A stretch of DNA of 64,000 nucleotides from Cyanophora paradoxa CCMP329. Lineage: Eukaryota; Plantae; Glaucophyta. The stretch covers positions 1 to 64,000 of the forward strand of contig QPMI01000439.1 of NCBI GenBank assembly GCA_004431415.1, written 5' to 3'. A model generated the notes under the pieces. That model was not told the origin of the DNA, did not search any database, and saw nothing but the letters and a program-made list of their open reading frames with translations. The translations under genes and the position numbers were made by a program. Shown here piece after piece: positions 16,468-30,060 of this stretch. How positions within the stretch are numbered: the stretch's first letter is position 1; each line of letters starts with the position of its first letter.

Positions 16468-18361
16468 TCAAACTTGGCCGCGGCGCCAGTGCCACCCGCC
16501 GTCAACAATGGCAGCCCCGAGGGGTCCGGCCGCCCGGAAGCAGCGCTCCGCCGCCTCCTCTGCCTTTGGGAGGGAGGGGGGGGTACAGTGAGCTTGGGGC
16601 AAGGGGGGGCGAGCCCAACAGGCGCCAGACTGAGATCGTGATCGGCACCTCAATTTGGTACAACGAAGTTATTACGTCATCGAAATTGACCGTTGCGGAG
16701 CTGAGGGGTACCGCCGCCGCCTCCAGCAGCGCCCGCACAGCTCCTTCCGCCTCCCCGGGTACCGGGTCGCCCAAGACGTCTGCGCCGGGTTCGCGGGGGT
16801 ACGGCCGCTGGGGCCGGGGGGGGGGGAGAGCGGCAAAGGGGTACTGATGTTCAGGTCGAGGCGGACGAGTGAGGCGGCCCGGGCGATGCCATCCGCGACT
16901 CCCAGGAACTCCTCTACCCCCCTCATGAAGTTCAACTGAACCTGCGCAAAAAGATGACCCTAGAGAGAAGGGGGGGGGGGGAGGAGGCGGGGAGCTGGGG
17001 GGGAGTACCTGGAGCTCTCGGAGGTTGGGAGGGCCTCCAATTTGAGCGAAGTCTTCCCGCTCGTACGTGCACTCGTCCTTTCCGGAGTAAGACTTTAGAG
17101 CTAGAAATAGGACAGAGAATAAATTGAGGGACGGGGCGCACCGTGAAACCGATGCCGTGCCGGAGGTCGGTGCGCTCGAGGCGCGGAAGGCGCGCGAAGG
17201 CGCGCAGCGCGTCCGCCGAGAAGATCAGGCCCGCGCTCTCATAATCAGTCAGCGTCCTGCGCTCGGAAGCTTGAGTTCAAAAATTTGAATTCAAAATTTC
17301 GAATCTTGCGCACGCGTCGCCGAGGACGCGGAGGGAGCGGCCCGCGGGGCCCTCCGCGAACGCGGAGAATCCTGCGAACGAGAGGCCTCGGCTCCGCTCG
17401 AGTGGGCGGAGCTAGGGTACAGCGGACCGTCGCCGCACACGATGGTGCACTCGTCGTCGTTCCATATCCGAAGCTCCTCCAAGGGAAGGGGGGAGAGGCT
17501 TCGGAAGGCATCTTCGCGCTGGAGGCCTACGAGAAGGGAGCGGAGCTCGGGGCAGCAATCGGCCAGGGCGGCCGCCCGCTCGGCGTCGAAGGGCCACCAG
17601 ACGGGGAGGGAGAGGGATTGGAGGGACGAGAAGGGCGCCAGCGCCCGCCGCAAGGTCGGAAGGCGCGAGGGATATTGATTGCTCGGGCAGCAGTTGTCGC
17701 CGCCGATGCTGACTGCCCGGAGCGTGCTGGCGGCTGCAGAGGATGCCCCGTGCGCGTGCGGATGGAGCGCGAGGAGCACGTTCACCGTGTGCGTCCGCAG
17801 CATGCGGTTGGCGTCCTTCGCGAACTCAGGCCAGTCGAGTATGCCGCCGAGCGAGCGCACGCGGGCTTCCTGCAGGCCGCCCGCCGCCGCCATCGCGCTC
17901 CGGAGAACGTCGCACGCGGCGCGGCTCAGCTCGTGTGTCTCCACTTCCACGCCGCACAGATCGGTCGCAAGTAGCTCGTCGGACGCCGGATATACGAGTT
18001 CAAGGTCCACCGCTGCCGCGCCGCGCCGCAGCCGCAGCTTGCCGCTCCGAACGACCGCCGAGAGCGCCTCCAGCGCGTCGGCGCGGCTTGTCGAGAAGCG
18101 AAGTTCGCTCCATTCCATTCCCTCGACAACGGATCGCAGCCGCCGGGAAGCGCGCCTCGCCGTCCGCCACGATTCCGCAGCGCCGAGGAATTCGGCGAAG
18201 ATGCGCTCTAGCACCGCGTCTGGAAGCGTTTCGAGCCTAATGCTGTCCTCGGTGGCATTGGGGCTGGTTGCAATTGCGGGAGCTGCGGGAGCCACGGCCG
18301 GCGCCTGCAGCTGAGCTTCCTCATCGTCAGCCCGCCTCGCGCGCTTCCGGAGACGTGTCAT
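16468..18361 (-). CDS. F-box/LRR-like protein, tandem copy 1
   Basis: F-box-like LETLPDAVLERIFAEFL..RASRRLRSVV and LRR-like LQSLSL, CPELRSL, LEELRI. Multi-exon; ends GGWHWRRGQV*. Confidence 0.75.
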
Positions 18362-18529
18362 CGCTCCGCCAGGCTGCGCGGCGCGCAGAGCGAACGTATA
18401 CGTAGACGTACGAAGGCTCCACTGTGGCTTCGGTGGTACCCCCCTCCCCGCCCCCCCCCCCGGCCCCCCCGGCCCCCCTCCCCCCCGCGCGAGCCCCATG
18501 GCCAGGCGCCAGCCAGGCCCCATATAATT

Positions 18530-19240
18530 AGCTAAAGCGCTCGACGGCCTTTCCTCTGTGAAAACGTTTCATTTACATGTACACGCACAGAGCACACTGT
18601 GACAGGGGACTCGTAAACAGAGGGAGGGGCGGAGGGCCACCTCAGCGGGCCCAGCGGGGGAGGTCCGGGGCGAGCGCGCGCGGGGCCGGGGGGGGGGCGG
18701 GCCCGCCGCGGACCTCGTTGGACGCCCGGGGGGGGGGGGGGGGGGGGGTGCGGGAAGGAGGCGGCCGGGGGTAGGGGAGTCCGGGGGTCGAAGGGGTAGG
18801 CTAGCGGGCCCAGAGGGGAGGTCCCGGAGTCCGGGGCGAGCGCGAGCGGGGCCGGGGGGGAGCGCCGGCGCCGGCGGCGGGGAAGCGGCGCCCTCCACGG
18901 ACCTCCACCTGGCGGAGGGGGGGGGGGGGGGGGGGGGGGGGTAGAGGTCGCCCGCCGGGGGAAGAGGAGGCGGCCGGGGGTACGGGACGGGGCAGCTTGT
19001 GCCTCCGGACGGCGTCGAGGGCCCTCGCGACCTCCAGGGCCGCCGCCGCCCAGTCCGGGTGGCCTGCAGCATGTATTTGGTCGCGATCGTGATGGCAGCT
19101 TCAAACTTGGCCAGCGAGGGGGGCCGGAGGCCCTCGGGGGCCGGGGTAGGGCCGCCGGGACGTGCCCGGGCACGCGCGGCGGCGAGGGCGGCGGCGGGAG
19201 GTCGTCGGGCAAGAGCTCCGGGACAATATTAATGCTGCGG
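18530..19240 (-). pseudogene. Rearranged, decayed duplicate of the 3' exons of the neighbouring coiled-coil gene (about 21320-21870)
   Basis: Near-identical blocks: 19000 GCCTCCGGACGGCGTCG..GACCTCCAGG = 21806; 19150-19220 = 21540-21615; 18583 ACGCACAGAGCACA = 21329. The order is shuffled, and a piece of the F-box 3' end is included (GATGGCAGCTTCAAACTTGGCC at 19091 = 16458). Confidence 0.7.
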
Positions 19241-19253
19241 GCCGGCCGCGGCC

Positions 19254-21171
19254 TCACACTTGGCTGCGCCGCCAGCGCCACCCGCCGTCCACGAGGGCGG
19301 CCCCGAGAGGGCCCGCCGCCCGGAAGCAGCTCTCTGTCTCCCGTTTCATAGCCTTGAGCTTGCGGGGGTACAGTGAGGCCGGGGCAAGGGGCCGAGGGTT
19401 ACCGGAGCAGCACCTCGCGATCGATTTCGTCATGATAATTCGTTCGACTTTCGAGACTGCTTTTTAGTTCTTCATCAACATTGAAGAAGACCGTAACGGA
19501 GCTGAGGGGTACGGTCGCCGCCTCCAGTAGCGCCCGCACATCACGAGCCGCACCCGCAGGCAGCGGGCGGCCCAACACGCCTGCGCAGGGGCCGTCGCCG
19601 TGACCGGAGGGGAGGGGACTGGGGGCAGGGGGTACATGTACAGATGTGCAGGTCAAGGCGGGCAAGGGAGCCGGCCCTGGCGATGCCGTCCACTACGCCC
19701 AGGAGCCTCTCCCTCGCTCCTCTCCCAGGAGCCAAAGATGTCAGCTGCACACAAACCTGCGTAAAGATAAGCGAAGTGGGGAGAAAGGGAGGGAGGGGGG
19801 GGGAGCGGGAAGGGCAGGGGGGGGGGGAGCCTAGGGTACCTGGAGCTCGCGGAGCTTGGGAGGGCCCACCACAAAGGCGGCTTCCTCCCGCCCGCACTCC
19901 CACTTCGCCAAAGTATAAATTAGCTGTAGAGCTCTTAATAGAAACGGGGAAAGGGCGCACGCCGATGCAGAGGCCTTGCTGAAAGTCGGTGCGCTCGAGG
20001 CGCGGAAGGCGCGCGAAGGCGCGCAGCGCGTCTGGCGAGAAGAATAGCTTTGCGCCCTCCGCTCGCGTCCTGCATTTAAAATTCAAATTCGCGATGGGAT
20101 TCGAAGTCGGTCTCACGCACGCGTCACCGAGGAGGCGGAGGGTGCGGCCCGCGGGGCCCTCCGCGAACGCTATGAAGCCTGCGAACGAGAGGCCTCGGCT
20201 CAGCTCGAGTGGGAAGAGCTGGGGTACAGCGGACCGTCGCTGTACTCTATGACGTACTCCTCGTCGTTCCAGAGCCGAAGCTCCTCCAAGGGAAGGGGGG
20301 AGAGTTTTGGAAAGGCTTCGTCTTCCACAAGGGCGATGAGGAGCGAGCGAAGCTGGGGACAGGATTCGGCCACGATGGCGGCCCCGTGATGGTCGAAGGC
20401 CCACCAGAAGGGGAGAGAGAGGGATTGGAGGGACGAGAAGTGTGCCAGCGCCCGCCGCACGCTCGGAAGGCGCGAGAAGATGTGATTGCTCTCCATCGGG
20501 CAGCAGTTGTCGCCGCCGATGCTGACTGACCGGAGCGTGCTGGCGGCTGCCGAGGATGTCCCGTGCGCGTGCGGCTGGAGCGCGAGGAGCACGTTGACCG
20601 TGTGTGTCCGCAGCATGCGGTGGGCGTCTTTCGCGAAGTCATTGCTGTTGAAGATGCCGCCGAGCGAGCGCACGCGGGCTTCCTGCAGGCCGCCCGCCGC
20701 CGCCGTGGCGCTCCGGAGAACGTCGCACGCGGCGCGGCTCAGCTCGTGTGTCTCCACTTCCGCGTGGCACCGCTCGCGCGTGATGGGCTCGTCGGACGCC
20801 GGATATACGAGTTCGAGGTCCACCGCTGCCACGCCGCGCCGCAGCCGCAGCTTGCCGCTCCGAACGACCGCCGAGAGCGCCTCCAGCGCGTCGGCGCGGC
20901 TTGTCGAAAAGCGAAGTTCGCTCCATTCCATTCCCCCGACAACGGATCGCAGCCGCCGGGAAGCGCGCCTCGCCGTCCGCCACGACTCCGCAGCGCCGAG
21001 GAATTCGGCGAAGATGCGCTCTAGCACCGCGTCTGGAAGCGTTTCGAGCGCGCTGCCGCTGTTCTCGGTGGCGTCGAGGCCGGTAGCGGGAGGTGCGGGA
21101 GCCACGGCGGGCGCCTGCAGCTGAGCTTCCTCGTCGTCAGTCCGCCTCGCGCGCTTTCGGGGACGTGCCAT
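19254..21171 (-). CDS. F-box/LRR-like protein, tandem copy 2
   Basis: Paralog of 16468-18361 with the same intron positions. LETLPDAVLERIFAEFL; ends GGWRWRRSQV*. Confidence 0.75.
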
Positions 21172-21384
21172 CGCTCCGCCAGGCTGCGCGGCGCGCTGGG
21201 CGCCGCTGGTACCCCCCCCCCTCCACCCCTCCCGCCCGAGCCCCAGCTGCATCAGCCTGCATGCGCAGCTGCATGCAGGGCCTCTACCCAGCGTTCAGCG
21301 TCGATCGCGACTTCGCGAACACGTTAACACGCACAGAGCACATGGGACTTGAGGAAAAAGGGAGAGGCAGACGGGCCGGCTCGA

Positions 21385-24300
21385 TCAGCGGGGGGAGGTC
21401 CGGGGCGAGCGATCGCGAGGGGGCGCCGGCGCCGGCGGCGGGGAGGCGGGCCCGCCGCGGACGGAGGAGAGCATCAGGGAGCGCAGGCCTAGGAGGGAGT
21501 GCCCGGCGTCCGACGAGGGGGGCGGGAGGCCCTCGGGGGGTAGGGCCGCCGGCACGTGCCCGGGCACGCGCGGCGGGGAGGGCGGCGGCGGAAGGTCGTC
21601 GGGCAGTAGTTCCCGGTCCAGGGCGGGGTCTGGGGGCGGCGCGGGGCCGCCCGCGCCCCCCCGCAGCGCCCGCGCCTCGGCCCGAGCCTCGCGCAGCTGC
21701 GAGATCAGCAGGTCCACCTCCGCCTGGCGGGGGGTACGGGTCGGCGGCCGGGCGGGGGGGGGGGAAGGAGGCTGCCGGGGGTACGGGACGGGACGGGGCA
21801 CCTTGTGCCTCCGGACGGCGTCGCGGGCCCTCGCGACCTCCAGGTCCGCCGCCGCCCGGTCCTCGGCCCGCCGCTGCGGGAAACAAAGGTTACTCAGTGG
21901 GCCGGCAGGGGTACAAGTTCCAATGAGAAGGGGGGTACCCGCTCGGCGTCCTCGAGGGCCTTGTTCGCTGTCCGCAGGGAGGCCTGCGGCGGCCGGGCCG
22001 GGCCGGGACCCGTCAGCCCAAGAAGAAGAGGAAGAAGCAGCGATGTCGGACCTGGAGCTGCGAGGAGCGCTCCAGCATGTCGACGCGGCCCGACCAGAGT
22101 GCGTCCAGGCGGCCGCCGCCCTTGCCCCCCGCCGCCGCCGCCTCGCCCGCCGCCACGCGCTGCAGCTGCCGGCCCGGTCCTAAGCGAGGGAGAGGGGTAC
22201 AGGAGCCGCAGGGAAGGGGTACGGCACCTCGTGGAGGCGCGCGATGGACTCGTCGCGTTCGCGGCACGCCGCGACGACCTCGTCGGCGAGCCTGCGGCGA
22301 GCGTTCCTCGACGAACGTTCCTCTTCCGAAGAGGGACAGGGGCGCACCGACGCGCGGCGTCGTGGGCGGCGTCGGCCTCCTTCTTGGCCCGCGACAGCTC
22401 CGCCTCGGCCTGGGAAAGGGAAGAGGCGTCGGGAAAGGGGGGAGGGCGTGTAGGGCAGAGGGGCGGCGGCGCACGGCAGCGAGTCGCTCGTCGGGGGTGG
22501 CCCCGGGCCGCAGGGGCGGCGCCGGGGCCGGCGAGGACGAGGACGTCGCCGCGGGGCCCGCGCGGGCCCCGGCCCCGCGCGCCGCGAGCGCCGCCGCCTG
22601 AGAAGCAAGCGCACGGCGCTCAGCCGAGCAGGCTCGGGCTCAGGTGAGGCGCCGGGCTCCTCACCTGAGGCCCGATGGACGCGAGGGCGGAGGCGGCCGC
22701 CGAGGAGGCCGCGCCGACGCTGCGGGGGGAGAGCGGGCGGGCGGGCGGGGCGATCCGTCAGGCAGCCGGACGCGATCCGGAAGGGTACACGTAAGAGGAG
22801 CCCACCTGGACGCGCTGCGCTTGCCGGCACCCAGGAGCAGGTCCAGGTCCGCTTGCTGCGCGCGCGCGGGGGTGGGGGGTGGGGGGGGGGGGGGGGGGGG
22901 GGGGGTAAACCAAGGACGCTCAGTATCTAATTACAAAGGAAGGCTCAGAATCTAAATCTAAAACGCCCAGAATCTAATACGAAGGAAGGAAGCAGAGAGC
23001 GGAGCGAAGAAGAGGAAGAGAGCAAAGGGGCGCACGCGTCGCTCGGCGGCCGTCGGGCTCCTCGGCCGCGGCGCCTCCGCCGCCGACGACGCCGCCGCCG
23101 CCTCCGCGACGAACGGAGCGATGGTGTCGGCCATGCGCGCAGCGATGGCCGCCACCTGTTCCCGGCGCCGCCCTCAGAAAGAGATAAAGAGAACAAGCAG
23201 AGAGAGCGCACCTGGACGTCCGGCTTGCCCTTCATGGCCGACACGAAGCCGGCGAGGCGGGGCAGGAGCTGGGAGAAGCCCTCCGCCTTCGCCCGCCACC
23301 GCTCCGCCTCCGCCTCCGCCGCCCGCAGCGCGGAGGAGGCGGCGGAGGTGGAGGAGGAGGAGGAGGCGAGGGGCGCCGGCCGCTGGGAGGGCGGCCCGGC
23401 GCGCTGGAGCTTCTCCCGGGACTCGAGCGCCCGGACCAGGTCCCGCGCCCGGCGCAGCTCGTCCGCCAGCCGGTCCCGCTCCGCTACTGTCGCCTCCAGC
23501 ACCGCCGAGTGCGCCGCGGGAACCGCCGCTGGAGCCGTACCGTTCGCCGCGGCCGTTTTCGGCGGCGGCGAGGCGGGAGACTTGGGCGGCGGCGCCGCGG
23601 CCGCCGCCGCGGCGCGCGCCGCCGCGAGCTCGGAGGAGAGGCGGGCCTGCTCTGCGCGCAGCTCGCGGAGGGCCTGGCCGCTCCGCTCGCACTCGGCGCA
23701 GGGGGCCGAAGCGGAGGCGGAGGCGTAGGCGGAGGAGGAGGAAGCGGAGGCGGAGGCGGATGCGGCGGGCGCCCCGGGGGCGTGCGGGGCCGGGTTGGGG
23801 AAGGAGGCGGCGTGGGGGAGGGGGCCCCGGGCGCCGCGGGAGCCCGGGGCCGGCTTCGGCATCTCGCCGCGGGCCGGGACGCGGGAGCCGATGGAGGCGA
23901 GGTCTTCCCCGCAGGCGGCGACCTCGGTGCAGAGCTCGCCGAGCCGCTGGCACTCCCGCCGGATCTGCGCCCGCGCCGCCGCCGCCGCCTCCTCCGCCGG
24001 CGCGTCTGCCTCGCGCCACATGGACGCGAGCGCCGCCGAGGCGCCCTCCCCGTGCACCCGCAGCCGCTCCAGCGTGCCCGAGAGCGCGGCGAGGCGGCCC
24101 CGCATCGAGTCGTACGTGCAGGGCGGCAGGGGCCGCGGGGGCGCCCGCGGAGGGCCGCGCCCGCGGCGGGCGAGGCCCAGCGGAGCTCCTCGGGCCACGC
24201 GAGGGCCAGCGGGTCGCCGACGTAGGGGGCGCAGCCGGCGCCGGCGGCCCCGAAGTCGCGGCACGTCCGCCAGAGCTCGCCCTCCTGCGTCAGCGCCTGC

Positions 24301-26067
24301 CGGGACGCTCGCTCGGAAGACAGCGGACGGGCGGGGCGGGGCGGGAGCGCTGAGAGGCGGCGCATGCCTTCGCGATGTGCTCGATGAGGGTCTGGACGAC
24401 GGCTTCCCGCCGGCGGAGCGCGGACGGCCGCACCGCGGCCACCGCGACCGAGGCCGGCCCGTCGGAGCCCGCCAGGGGGGAGCCGGAGGGGCCCCCGGCC
24501 CCCGGCTGCCCGAGCGCCGCCGCCTGGAGGGACCCAGGGCGGAGCGAGGAGCCCTCCAAACTTGGCCGTCCGGAAGGCGCCGTGCTGCCGCTGGCGCTGG
24601 CGGCCCCCGACTGAGGCGCGGAGGCCGAGGAGGGCGTCGGCGTACCCCCCCCGGCGCCCGGCCGCCTCACGCGCGGCGCCCGGTGCGTCTCCAGCCTGCC
24701 GCACGCACGCGCGCAGGGTGCCGTCAGCGGAGCGGAAGGTGGCCGAGAAGGGCGCGCGGGCGGGCGGGCGGGCGAGCCTGGATGCGGCCGGCCCGTCGCC
24801 CTCGGCGTCGGCTCCGAGGAGGGCGCCCAGCGCCTGGTGCTGCGAGGCGCCGGCGCGGGGCGGGGTTGCGTCCGGCGCGTCGCCGCCCGGGCCGCGCCGC
24901 GACGCCTCACTCGGCCTTCGCGATGCCACGCTGGCCCGCCGCGACGCCTCCGCCCGCTCCGAGCTCCGCGAGCTCGAGCGGGAAGTGGACGACGACGAGG
25001 AGCCGCGCCGGCCGCGCCGCCCGCGGCCCCGCCGCTCGCCCGCGTCCGGCTCGGGCTTTGCGGAGCCCGGAGGCGGCGGCGGCGGCCCCGGACGCGACTC
25101 GTAGGCCTGGCCCAGCAGCTCGAAAGCCTCGGTGAAGATCCAGCGCAGTCGCTCGAACCACGCGGACGGGCCCTGCCCTCCCTTCGCGCGCTTCGCAGCG
25201 AAGGAGTCCCACCTCCGATCGACCTGAGCGCCGCGCGCCAGCCGCATCAGCGGCTGCGAGCGGGGCGGAGCGGGCGCGCGCTCGCTCGCCTCGTCGATCT
25301 CGGGGCAGATCTGCGCCTGCGCGTCCTCGACCTGTCTCGCCAGCTCCTCCGCTTGGAACAGCAGCTCCTCGTGCAGCACCAGCTTCGACGTGTCCTCGCG
25401 GATCTGCGCTCGCTCGCTGAGCACTTGCCGCACTGCGGAGCGAGCGCAAGGATGGATGGGCGGCGCACGTTGCGCTGGCTGGCGGCCACGGCAAGGCCCC
25501 GCACTTGCGCCGCGAAGTCTTCCGCAAGCACCTGCAGGCTGATGACGACTTTCTCCCTGCGGGGTCCCCGGAGGTCGTCGGGCGCCGAGCCGTGCGTGAG
25601 GGCGGACAGCGCGGCGGACCGTGTCAGGACGTTGAGCAGCCGTACGACAAGATCGCCTTCATCCTGCAGCGCCAGGAACTGCGCAGGCAGCGCCCGGTCA
25701 GCTGCGCTCCAGCGATGGACGCGGAAGGGCCGAGCGGGACCAACGCCGCCGACGGCGCTCCCCGCCAGCGTACAACGGGGTGGATCGCTATACAACGCAC
25801 CGTCGTCATCCCCTCGGGCGAATTCTCGTCTTTCCGACCTGTCACTACCCGAAGCGGGCTGCGCAGCGGTCAGCAGGACAACGGTGCGATGGCAGTGCGG
25901 CCACCGGACCCCGCAAACCTTTGAGTAACTTCATCTGCGGTGATGTCCATGTGCATGACCGACGAGCTGCTCGCGGACTGCAGCTCGAACGGATCGGACG
26001 CTGAAGAGATCGAGGGGAGAGTCGGCGATGCCGGGGCGCTCTCCGCGATTGGCCGCATCAGTATCAT
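21385..26067 (-). CDS. Large multi-exon coiled-coil/low-complexity protein of unknown function (boundaries approximate)
   Basis: Spliceable exons with heptad-rich segments (EELLFQAEELARQVEDAQ; ALRELRAEQARLSSEL; LEATVAERDRLADELRRARDL). No family recognised. Confidence 0.55.
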
Positions 26068-26184
26068 CCCGCCGATGGCGAGATGGGCCCCGGTCCGGCT
26101 GCACCGGCTCTCTTTAGGGGGGTACGGGTCGCCTCCAGCAAACGGGCGACCAGGCCTACTAGTACTAGTAGTTCAGTTCCCAGA

Positions 26185-28321
26185 ATGAACCGCGCGCCGG
26201 ATGCTCGATTCGCAGCCATCGGGGCCATCGCGGCGGCCGCCGTGGCCTGGCTCGCCGCGCGTGCCTACCGCTCCCGTCCGTGCGCGAAGCCCGACCTCTC
26301 GAACCTCTTCCAGCCCTTCAAGCTTGGTTCCCTCGAGCTTTCGAACCGCATCGTGATGGCCCCTATGACCCGGTGCGGGGGGCGGCAATTCCTGGCGCAG
26401 AACCGCGCGGCTCTCTCAACGCGCTCACCCCGCGGGGCGCCCAGGTGTTTTGCGAACGAGAAAGGGCTCGTTCCAACCGATGACATGGCCGCGTACTATG
26501 AGCGCCGGTGCGCACTTTCGGCCGGCCGGCGCCGATGACGTTCGTTGACGTCGTTTGACGTCGCGGGCGGGTTCGGCGCCCAGTGCGGAGCTGGGGCTCA
26601 TCATCACCGAGGGCACCATCATCCGCGCGGATGCGCAGGTTCGAAGCTCGCGGGCGGGCCGCGGGCCGCGGGCCGCGGGCCACGGCTGGCGCCGCTAAGC
26701 TCGGCGCCGGCGCGCAGGGGTACCCCCGGACTCCCGGCATCTACTCGAAGGAGCAGATCGCGGGCTGGAAGAAGGTCACGGACCGCGTGCACGCCAAGGG
26801 TGGCAAGATGTGCGCGGGGCTCCCGTACCCCCTGGTACCTCGGCTGCTCACCGGTAACCCCCTCCCCTTCTCCGTCCCCCCCCCTCTTCCCGCAGCTTCT
26901 GCCAGCTCTGGCACTGCGGCCGCGCCGGTCACAAGTTCTTCACCGGCATGGTGAGTCCTGTACCCCCCCCCCCCCGCACATTCCACGCTTCGCGACTCTG
27001 AAGGTGCCCCCTCAGGACCCTGTGTGCCCTTCGGCGGTTGCCCTGGAGGGCCGGGTACCGCGCACTCAGCTACAGTACGAGACGCCGCACGCTCTCACCC
27101 TCAAGGAGATCCCCGACCAGGTACCCCCCTCCCTTTTTCTCGGATTCGTCCCCCCCTCCGCTGAGGATGTACCCCCGACCTTGCGCTCCTGCGCAGATCG
27201 ATTCGTGGCGCCATGCCGCAGCCGCGGCAAAGGAAGCCGGGTTCGACGGCGTTGAGGCTGGCACCGTACCCCCCCTCGCCGGCCGCCCCCCGCTGATGCC
27301 CGCGCCCCCTTAGATCCACGGCGCCAACGGCTACCTCCTGGACCAGGTACCCCCGCACCCCTCGGCCATCCCCTTCGAAACCTTACAATCCCCCCCCCCC
27401 CCCCCCCCCCCCCCTCAGTTCCTGCACAAGGTCACGAACCAAAGGACGGACGCCTACGGCGGTACTCCCGAGAAGGCGCCTCGCCCCCTCCGCCATTCCT
27501 CCACCTGTACCCCCCTGAGTGCCCCGCAGGCGATTCGCTTCGTTCTCGAGGCCGTCGACGCGACCATCAAGGGTACGGCGTTCTCTTTCTCTGCGAGTTT
27601 CCCCTCGCGTACCCCCCACCCCCTCCGAGCCGCCCCGCAGGCTTCGGCGACTCGCGCCGCGTCGGCATCCGCCTCTCCCCCAGGTCCCCCCCCCCCCCGG
27701 CACCCCCTCCACCCCCCCCTCCCGTACATTTGAGAGCATCTTTGCACCGTTGAACGTGTACCCCACAGCGCCCTGTTCAACATGACGCACACGGCCGGGG
27801 ACGAGGAGACCTTCAAGCTGCTCCTCAAGGAGCTCGAGAAGCGGGACCTCGCCTACGTTCACGAGCGCGTACCCCCCTCCTCTTTCTTCCCCCCCCAAAA
27901 AAAAGACTTACGGGGCCCGGCAGGGGTACGTTCGACGACAACGTGGAGCTGGACTACCTCGGCGGACGCGCCTCTGCTTTCCTCCGCAAGAATTACAAGT
28001 CCGTTCACGTTCTTTCCTCTCTATCTCTCGTATTTCCCCTTTCTGAGCCTCGGGCAGGGGTACGGTGATCGGCTGCGGGGCCTACAGCGCCGAGTCGGGC
28101 GCCGCGGCGCTCAAGGACGGCAAGTTCGACCTCGTCTGCATCGGGCGGCCGGTCCTCGCCAACCCGTGCGCTCCGCCCCAATCCTAGTACCCCTCTCGCT
28201 GTGTATTATGTATCCCCCTCTAATCTCTCGGGCGGGCAGGAACTACGCGCAGCTGGTGCGGGAGGGCCGGCTCTCGGAGATCGTACCCATGGACAACAGC
28301 ATGCACGAGCGCCTGCACTAG
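26185..28321 (+). CDS. Old Yellow Enzyme family FMN-dependent ene-reductase (NemA/OPR-like)
   Basis: [60 protein letters not shown]|[11 protein letters not shown]|[25 protein letters not shown]. Confidence 0.95.
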
Positions 28322-28779
28322 CCTAGTAGCTCCTCCTCTAGATCTCGCGATCGCGCGTTGCCCTGAACTCGAATCAAACCACATGATATCGATATGGGAG
28401 ATCACACGTGCAAGCGGGCGAAGCTTTTAAGCATGCCGCGCGCGGCCCGGCCGGGCCGGCTGCGGGGCGGCGCCGGCGCACTTTGGCGCACCTACACAGG
28501 CTCGCGGCGTGGCTCGCTTAGATCGATCTAGAGCTCGAGGCATGCGCAAAGGAGCTCGAGGCGGAGCCCGCAAACCTGGTACCTCGAACACACAATTGCA
28601 ATATGCACGTGCAACTTTAATTTAACCTCAACACGTACACGCTCTTCGATTACAACGTTTACTAAGTTAAGTTATCAAGCGTTCAAAAGAAAAAAGTACC
28701 ATATATAACTTCAAGAAAAATCAGAAGGCGGGAGGGAGGAAGAAGCGTGCCCCTCGAGTCCTGCCCGGGTCCCCCCAGC

Positions 28780-30060
28780 CTAGAGGCGCGTCCGCTTGGG
28801 CGCCGGCTGGCCAGAGTCGAAGCAGAAGGCGCAGCAGAGGAACTCGCAAGCGTCGCATTTGAAGATTTCCTAAGAAAGCCGCGGCCGCAGGTTAATCAAG
28901 GAAGAGGAAGAGGAAAGCTAGGGGCCAGGCCGACCTGCTTCTCGAAGAGGCGGATCCCGCAGCTCTTGCACGCGCCGCCGGCGGTCGTGATCAGCTTCTG
29001 GGGGGCGCTCTTGATGTCGATGAGGTTGTGACCCTCGCGGTTGTGCACGGACGAGACGTTGCGCGCCCTGTTCGCTCGCATGCACGTCTCGCAGCAGAAG
29101 TAGTCGCAGTCCTTGCACATGTGCAGGAACTGCGCATGAGACGGGGGCGCGCGCGTGAGGCGGGGCGCGAACTTCGGAAGCGAGAACAGATCTAGACGGG
29201 GAGCCCGGCCGGAAGCGGACCTCGTCCATGAAAATGTACTTCCCGCAGCAGTCGGAGTGGCGTACGAACTCGCCGCTCCGCTTCAGGACGCGGTGCAGCG
29301 CGTGCGCATGCAGGCACGCCTTCTCGCCGGCGCCGGCGCTGCTCGGCGTCGGCTGAGCGTGGGCCTGCCCGCCGTTCAGAACCGACGCCGAAGCCCAAGC
29401 CGACGAACCAGCTCCGGCCGGCTGCGGCTGGGGGCGCCCAAAGTCGGCTGCGGCGGCAGCCGACAGGTTCGGTCTGAAGTTGAAGTCCGGATTCCCTGCT
29501 GGGGGCGGCCGGGTCCGCCCAGCGTCGGCTGCTGGAGCTGAGCGCGCAGCTTGCACGGATGCATATGATCCGACGGTGGGATACGTCGCCGCGGGCTGCT
29601 GCCAGGAGTTGAACAATGAAGTTGAGCTCGAGGCGGTGTTGGCCATGGTTGCTGTCGCTGCTGCGCGCCGTTGACCATGAGCCACAGTGAGCGGGAGCGC
29701 GCTCGGCTTTGGCGAACGCGCACATCGGAGCGTGCATCCCGGAGCGTAGAAGTAGCCTTCGGAGGCGGGCTTCCACGACCTCTCCTCACACATTCGCTCA
29801 ATCTTGACAGCGACGAAGATGCGGGCGGCCGGCTGGAACTCGTACACCATTGTCATCTCTTCCACGCCGCTCCAAGCTTCTGCCAGAACGCTCTTCGCGT
29901 CACCAACAGCGCGTCCGTTGAGATCATCGCTTCGAACGTGCGTGACGACGGGCGCTTGCTCATCCTTCTCCGCCTTCAGCGCCACGACTGCCGCGGCCGC
30001 ATCCTTCTCCGCCGCGCTGCTGCCAGCGGAAAGCACCTTCTCCCGAATGAACTTGAGCAT
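28780..30060 (-). CDS. Protein with two C-terminal Cys/His-rich zinc-binding (C1/DC1/ZZ-like) modules
   Basis: HAHALH..CCGK..|HMCKDCDYFCCETC, then HN..GHNL..CKSCG..|FKCDACEFLCCAFC. Long first exon from ATG 30060. Confidence 0.65.

Noticed and set aside
17700-21100. Classical RIP acting on the duplicated F-box genes
   Set aside because: The differences I aligned between the coding paralogs are few and not CpA-focused, and no premature stops were seen.
21385-26067. Assignment of the coiled-coil protein to Atg11/Atg17 or SMC families
   Set aside because: No diagnostic motif was found.
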